DNA of 64,000 bases, from assembly GCA_030390025.1 (NCBI GenBank), contig JASTWF010000069.1, positions 992,001 to 1,056,000 of the forward strand, given 5' to 3'. The translations under genes were made by a program, and so were the position numbers. Below are positions 60,515 through 64,000 of this stretch, one piece after another. Below the pieces are notes generated by a model. That model ran no database searches. It saw nothing but the letters and a program-made list of their open reading frames with translations, and was not told where the DNA came from. Every line of letters starts with the position of its first letter. The first letter of the stretch is position 1. The stretch is from Squalus acanthias. Lineage: Eukaryota.

Positions 60515-63500
60515 TGTAGAATTCGCAATATATCGCGATTTTATAAATAAGGAGAAAACACATAGTTTCGTTCAAACAGCTTTATTTCAGCAGAATGCTG
60601 TCAGGTTTTCAAAGTGGACACAAGCAGCCTGTAAAATGGCCGCCACGTGAAAGGCAGACAGAAATAAATGGTAAAAGGGTGAGGAACAAAAAACAAAGGG
60701 CCAAACTAATTCATAAAAAATGTGAGCATAAAAAAAGCCTGAGGGTTTTATACCTTAATGCGAGAAGCATCAGGAACAAGGTAGATGAATTAGCTGTGGA
60801 AATAGAGGTTAATAATTATGATCTAATTGGGATTACGGAAACATGGTTGCAGGGTGAGCAGGGCTGGGAGCTTAACATACAGGGGTATTCAGTATTTAGG
60901 AAGGATCGACAAAAAAGAAAGGGAGGAGGGGTAGCATTGCTGGTAAAAGAAGGGATAAATGCAATTGAAAGGAAGGATATTAACTCAGTTAATACAGAAT
61001 CTATATGGGTGGAGCTAAGAAATAGCGAGGGGCGAAAAACATTAATAGGAGTGGTATATAGGCCTCCAAATAGTAAAATAGAGGTTGGGGAGGGCATCAC
61101 GAGGGAAATTAGAGAAGCGTGCAATAAGAGCACAGCTGTCATCATAGGTGACTTTAACTTACATATAGATTGGAATAGCCTAATCAGTAAAAATAATGAG
61201 GAGGAGGAATTCCTTGAGTGTTTAAGGGATGGTTATCTGGATCAATATGTCGAGGAACCAACTCGGGAACAGGCTATATTGGACTGGGTACTGTGCAATG
61301 AGAAGGGACTAATTAGTAATCTTGTTGTACGGGGACCCTTGGGTCAGAGCGATCATAACATGATCGATTTCTCACTCGAAATGGAGAGCGAAGAAATTGA
61401 CTCAGATACTAAGGTCCTGAATTTAAACAAGGGGAATTATGATGCCATTAGACGGGAACTGAGTAGGTCTGATTGGACAACGTTCCTGGGAGGACTGGAG
61501 GTAGATAAACAATGGCAAGCATTTAAAGATAGAATGACAAAATTGCAAAAATTGTTTATACCAATCTGGCATAAAAGGAAATCTAAAAAGGTGACTCAAC
61601 CGTGGATAACAGGGGAAATTAGAGACAGCATAAAATCCAAAGATAGGGCGTATAAAATAGCCAAAAAAAGCGCCAGAGCGGAAGATTGGGAACAGTTTAA
61701 GATAGAGCAAAGGAGGACAAAGGGCTTAATCAAGAGGGGCAAAATAGCTTACGAAAGCAAGCTGGCGGAAAATATAAAAACTAACTCCAAAAGCTTTTAT
61801 AAGTATATCAAGAGGAAAAGACTGGTGAAAACCAAAGTTGGCCCATTGCAGTCAGATACGGGGGAATATATAACGGGAAATAAGGAAATGGCAGACCAAC
61901 TAAATGCATACTTTGGGTCAGTCTTTACGAAGGAAGACACAAAAAACCTCCCTGGGATATCGGGAAAAATAGGGACATTTGCAAAGGAGGAACTGACGCA
62001 AATCAATATCTCTAAGGATATGGTGTTAAGGAAGCTAAAGGGATTGAAGGCTGACAAATCCCCAGGGCCTGATAACATGCATCCTAGGGTGCTGAAGGAG
62101 GTGGCCCTAGAGATAGCGGATGCACTAAGTATGATTTTTCAGAATTCATTAGACTCGGGAACAGTGCCCATGGATTGGAGGGTAGCTAACGTTACCCCAC
62201 TATTCAAAAAGGGGGGTAGGGAAAAAGCAGGTAATTACAGACCTGTAAGCCTTACATCAGTTGTGGGCAAAATGCTGGAGTCCATCATTAAGGATGAAAT
62301 AGCGGAGCACTTAGCAAATGGGGACAGGATAGGACAGAGTCAACATGGATTTACAAAGGGTAAATCGTGCTTGACTAATCTATTGGAATTTTTTGAGGGA
62401 GTAACTGCTAAAATAGATGGGGGAGAGCCAGTAGATGTGGTGTACCTGGACTTCCAAAAGGCCTTCGATAAGGTCCCACATAAAAGATTAGCAGGGAAAA
62501 TTGAAGCTCATGGGATAAAGGGGAAAGTATTGACGTGGATAGAGAACTGGCTGTCAGATAGAAAACAGAGAGTTGGAATAAACGGCTCATTTTCTGAATG
62601 GCAGGCAGTAACAAGTGGTGTACCACAGGGATCTGTCCTGGGTCCCCAGCTGTTCACAATTTACATTAATGACCTGGATCAGGGAGTCGGATGCAGCATT
62701 TCCAAATTTGCAGACGACACTAAACTAGGAGTGGGGGTGGGCTCAGAGGAGGAGACCAGGAAGCTCCAGAGCGATTTGGACAGACTGGGTGATTGGGCGG
62801 ATAAATGGCAGATGCACTATAATGTGGACAAGTGCGAAGTTATCCACCTTGGGTGCAGGAACGGGAGGGCAAATTATTATTTAAATGGCAATAAATTGGG
62901 AGAGGGGGAAGTACAGAGAGACCTGGGTGTTCTTGTACATCAGTCACTGAAGGCGAGCATGCAGGTGCAACAGGCGGTCAAGAAGGCAAACGGTATGCTG
63001 GCCTTCATAGCAAAAGGGTTGGAATACAGGAACAGGGATACCTTGCTGCAGCTGTACAGGGCACTGGTGAGATCACACCTCGAGTACTGTGTACAGTTTT
63101 GGTCGCCTCATCTGAGGAAAGATGTTCTTGCCATGGAGGGGGTGCAGCGGCGATTCACCAGGCTGATACCAGGAATGGCGGGATTGACCTATGAGGAGAG
63201 ACTATGTAGTTTAGGGATGTACACACTGGAGTTTAGAAGATTGAGAGGGGACCTCATAGAAGTGTATAAAATTCTGACAGGTCTAGACAGACTAGATGCA
63301 GAAGGAATGTTTCCCTTGGCGGGTGAGAACAGAACTAGAGGACATAATTTAAGGATAAGGGCTAAACCATTTAGGACAGAAATGAGGGGGAATTTCTTCA
63401 CTCAGAGGGTGGTGAACCTGTGGAACTCATTGCCACAGAGGGCAGTGTACGCCAGCTCATTAAATATATTTAAGAGGGAATTAGATATATTTCTACAGGC

Positions 63501-64000
63501 AAAAGGGGTTAAGGATTACGGAGAGAAGGCGGGGACGGGATACTGAATTGGAGGATCAGCCATGATCTCATTAAATGGCGGAGCAGGCTCGAAGGGCTGG
63601 ATGGCCTACTCCTGCTCCTATCTTCTATGTATCTATGTAGAACATTCTAGACTTTTCGACAAGCAGACAAGATGGCGTTCCAATAAACATTTGTGCGAGA
63701 TCGATCAAGACTCAGTACATTTAAGATAATACACGAGACATCATGGGTTTGCAGTATACACATAAATACTGAAATCGGTCTCCCAGGTGCGAATAAGGGC
63801 TATTGTACCAAGTGATCAAGAACCCATCCAAAGACATTAATATGCAAAATCCCCACGACTCTACGATGAGAGAGCCGTTAGCGGGTAGTTACAGAAAACA
63901 TTTGGAAGCCCCAAAACCCCTCCAGGGAGAATACCGACCGGTTACACATTGGGAAAAGTATTAACAGGTACTCAGACAGTTACGAGTATCCCCGAAACCC
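60515..64000 (-). mobile_element. LTR-like element (runs out of the window), interrupted by a CR1
   Basis: Paralog similarity stops at TGTAGAATT; CTTTATT (AATAAA on the - strand) about 65 nt inside; unique sequence resumes after 63640. Confidence 0.55.
60595..63546 (+). CDS. CR1 LINE ORF2, uninterrupted (APE endonuclease + reverse transcriptase), 983 aa
   Basis: YLNARSIRNK, GITETWL, GDFN and SDH endonuclease motifs; [21 protein letters not shown] and FADD RT motifs; 3'UTR and tail to about 63640; ORF1 absent. Confidence 0.95.
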   Translation: MLSGFQSGHKQPVKWPPRERQTEINGKRVRNKKQRAKLIHKKCEHKKSLRVLYLNARSIRNKVDELAVEIEVNNYDLIGITETWLQGEQGWELNIQGYSVFRKDRQKRKGGGVALLVKEGINAIERKDINSVNTESIWVELRNSEGRKTLIGVVYRPPNSKIEVGEGITREIREACNKSTAVIIGDFNLHIDWNSLISKNNEEEEFLECLRDGYLDQYVEEPTREQAILDWVLCNEKGLISNLVVRGPLGQSDHNMIDFSLEMESEEIDSDTKVLNLNKGNYDAIRRELSRSDWTTFLGGLEVDKQWQAFKDRMTKLQKLFIPIWHKRKSKKVTQPWITGEIRDSIKSKDRAYKIAKKSARAEDWEQFKIEQRRTKGLIKRGKIAYESKLAENIKTNSKSFYKYIKRKRLVKTKVGPLQSDTGEYITGNKEMADQLNAYFGSVFTKEDTKNLPGISGKIGTFAKEELTQINISKDMVLRKLKGLKADKSPGPDNMHPRVLKEVALEIADALSMIFQNSLDSGTVPMDWRVANVTPLFKKGGREKAGNYRPVSLTSVVGKMLESIIKDEIAEHLANGDRIGQSQHGFTKGKSCLTNLLEFFEGVTAKIDGGEPVDVVYLDFQKAFDKVPHKRLAGKIEAHGIKGKVLTWIENWLSDRKQRVGINGSFSEWQAVTSGVPQGSVLGPQLFTIYINDLDQGVGCSISKFADDTKLGVGVGSEEETRKLQSDLDRLGDWADKWQMHYNVDKCEVIHLGCRNGRANYYLNGNKLGEGEVQRDLGVLVHQSLKASMQVQQAVKKANGMLAFIAKGLEYRNRDTLLQLYRALVRSHLEYCVQFWSPHLRKDVLAMEGVQRRFTRLIPGMAGLTYEERLCSLGMYTLEFRRLRGDLIEVYKILTGLDRLDAEGMFPLAGENRTRGHNLRIRAKPFRTEMRGNFFTQRVVNLWNSLPQRAVYASSLNIFKRELDIFLQAKGVKDYGEKAGTGY

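Overview
Vertebrate genomic DNA, very probably from a cartilaginous fish (shark-type CR1 LINEs, V-SINE/HE1-like and tRNA-derived SINEs). Roughly three quarters of the window is retroelements and two families of TE-derived tandem repeats (33-bp and 43-bp units). Within it lies a cluster of CD33-related-type Siglec (sialic-acid-binding Ig-like lectin) genes whose exons can be assembled by hand from splice sites and phases. Gene A (+ strand, 5' end outside the window; exons <1-194, 1555-1848, 3341-3616, 5545-5714) is V-C2-C2-TM with an Arg in the transmembrane helix and a short Tyr-free tail, i.e. activating type. It carries a 1-bp deletion at the end of its V exon. Gene B (- strand, ATG 49971 to stop 20464) is leader-V-C2-V-C2-C2-TM with an ITIM (LLYASI) and an ITSM/ITIM-like motif (TEYAEI), i.e. 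inhibitory type, 691 aa if all exons are used. The two convergent genes share nearly identical V/C2 regions including introns but have unrelated membrane-proximal and signalling exons: a paired inhibitory/activating Siglec system apparently homogenised by gene conversion. The V exons show a strong excess of amino-acid changes in the predicted glycan-contact loops. Two further exon-less relics of the same gene unit (about 15.3-16.1 kb and 58-60.5 kb) point to birth-and-death evolution, with breakpoints at satellites and LTR insertions. Repeat boundaries are approximate, and all alignments and counts were made by eye.
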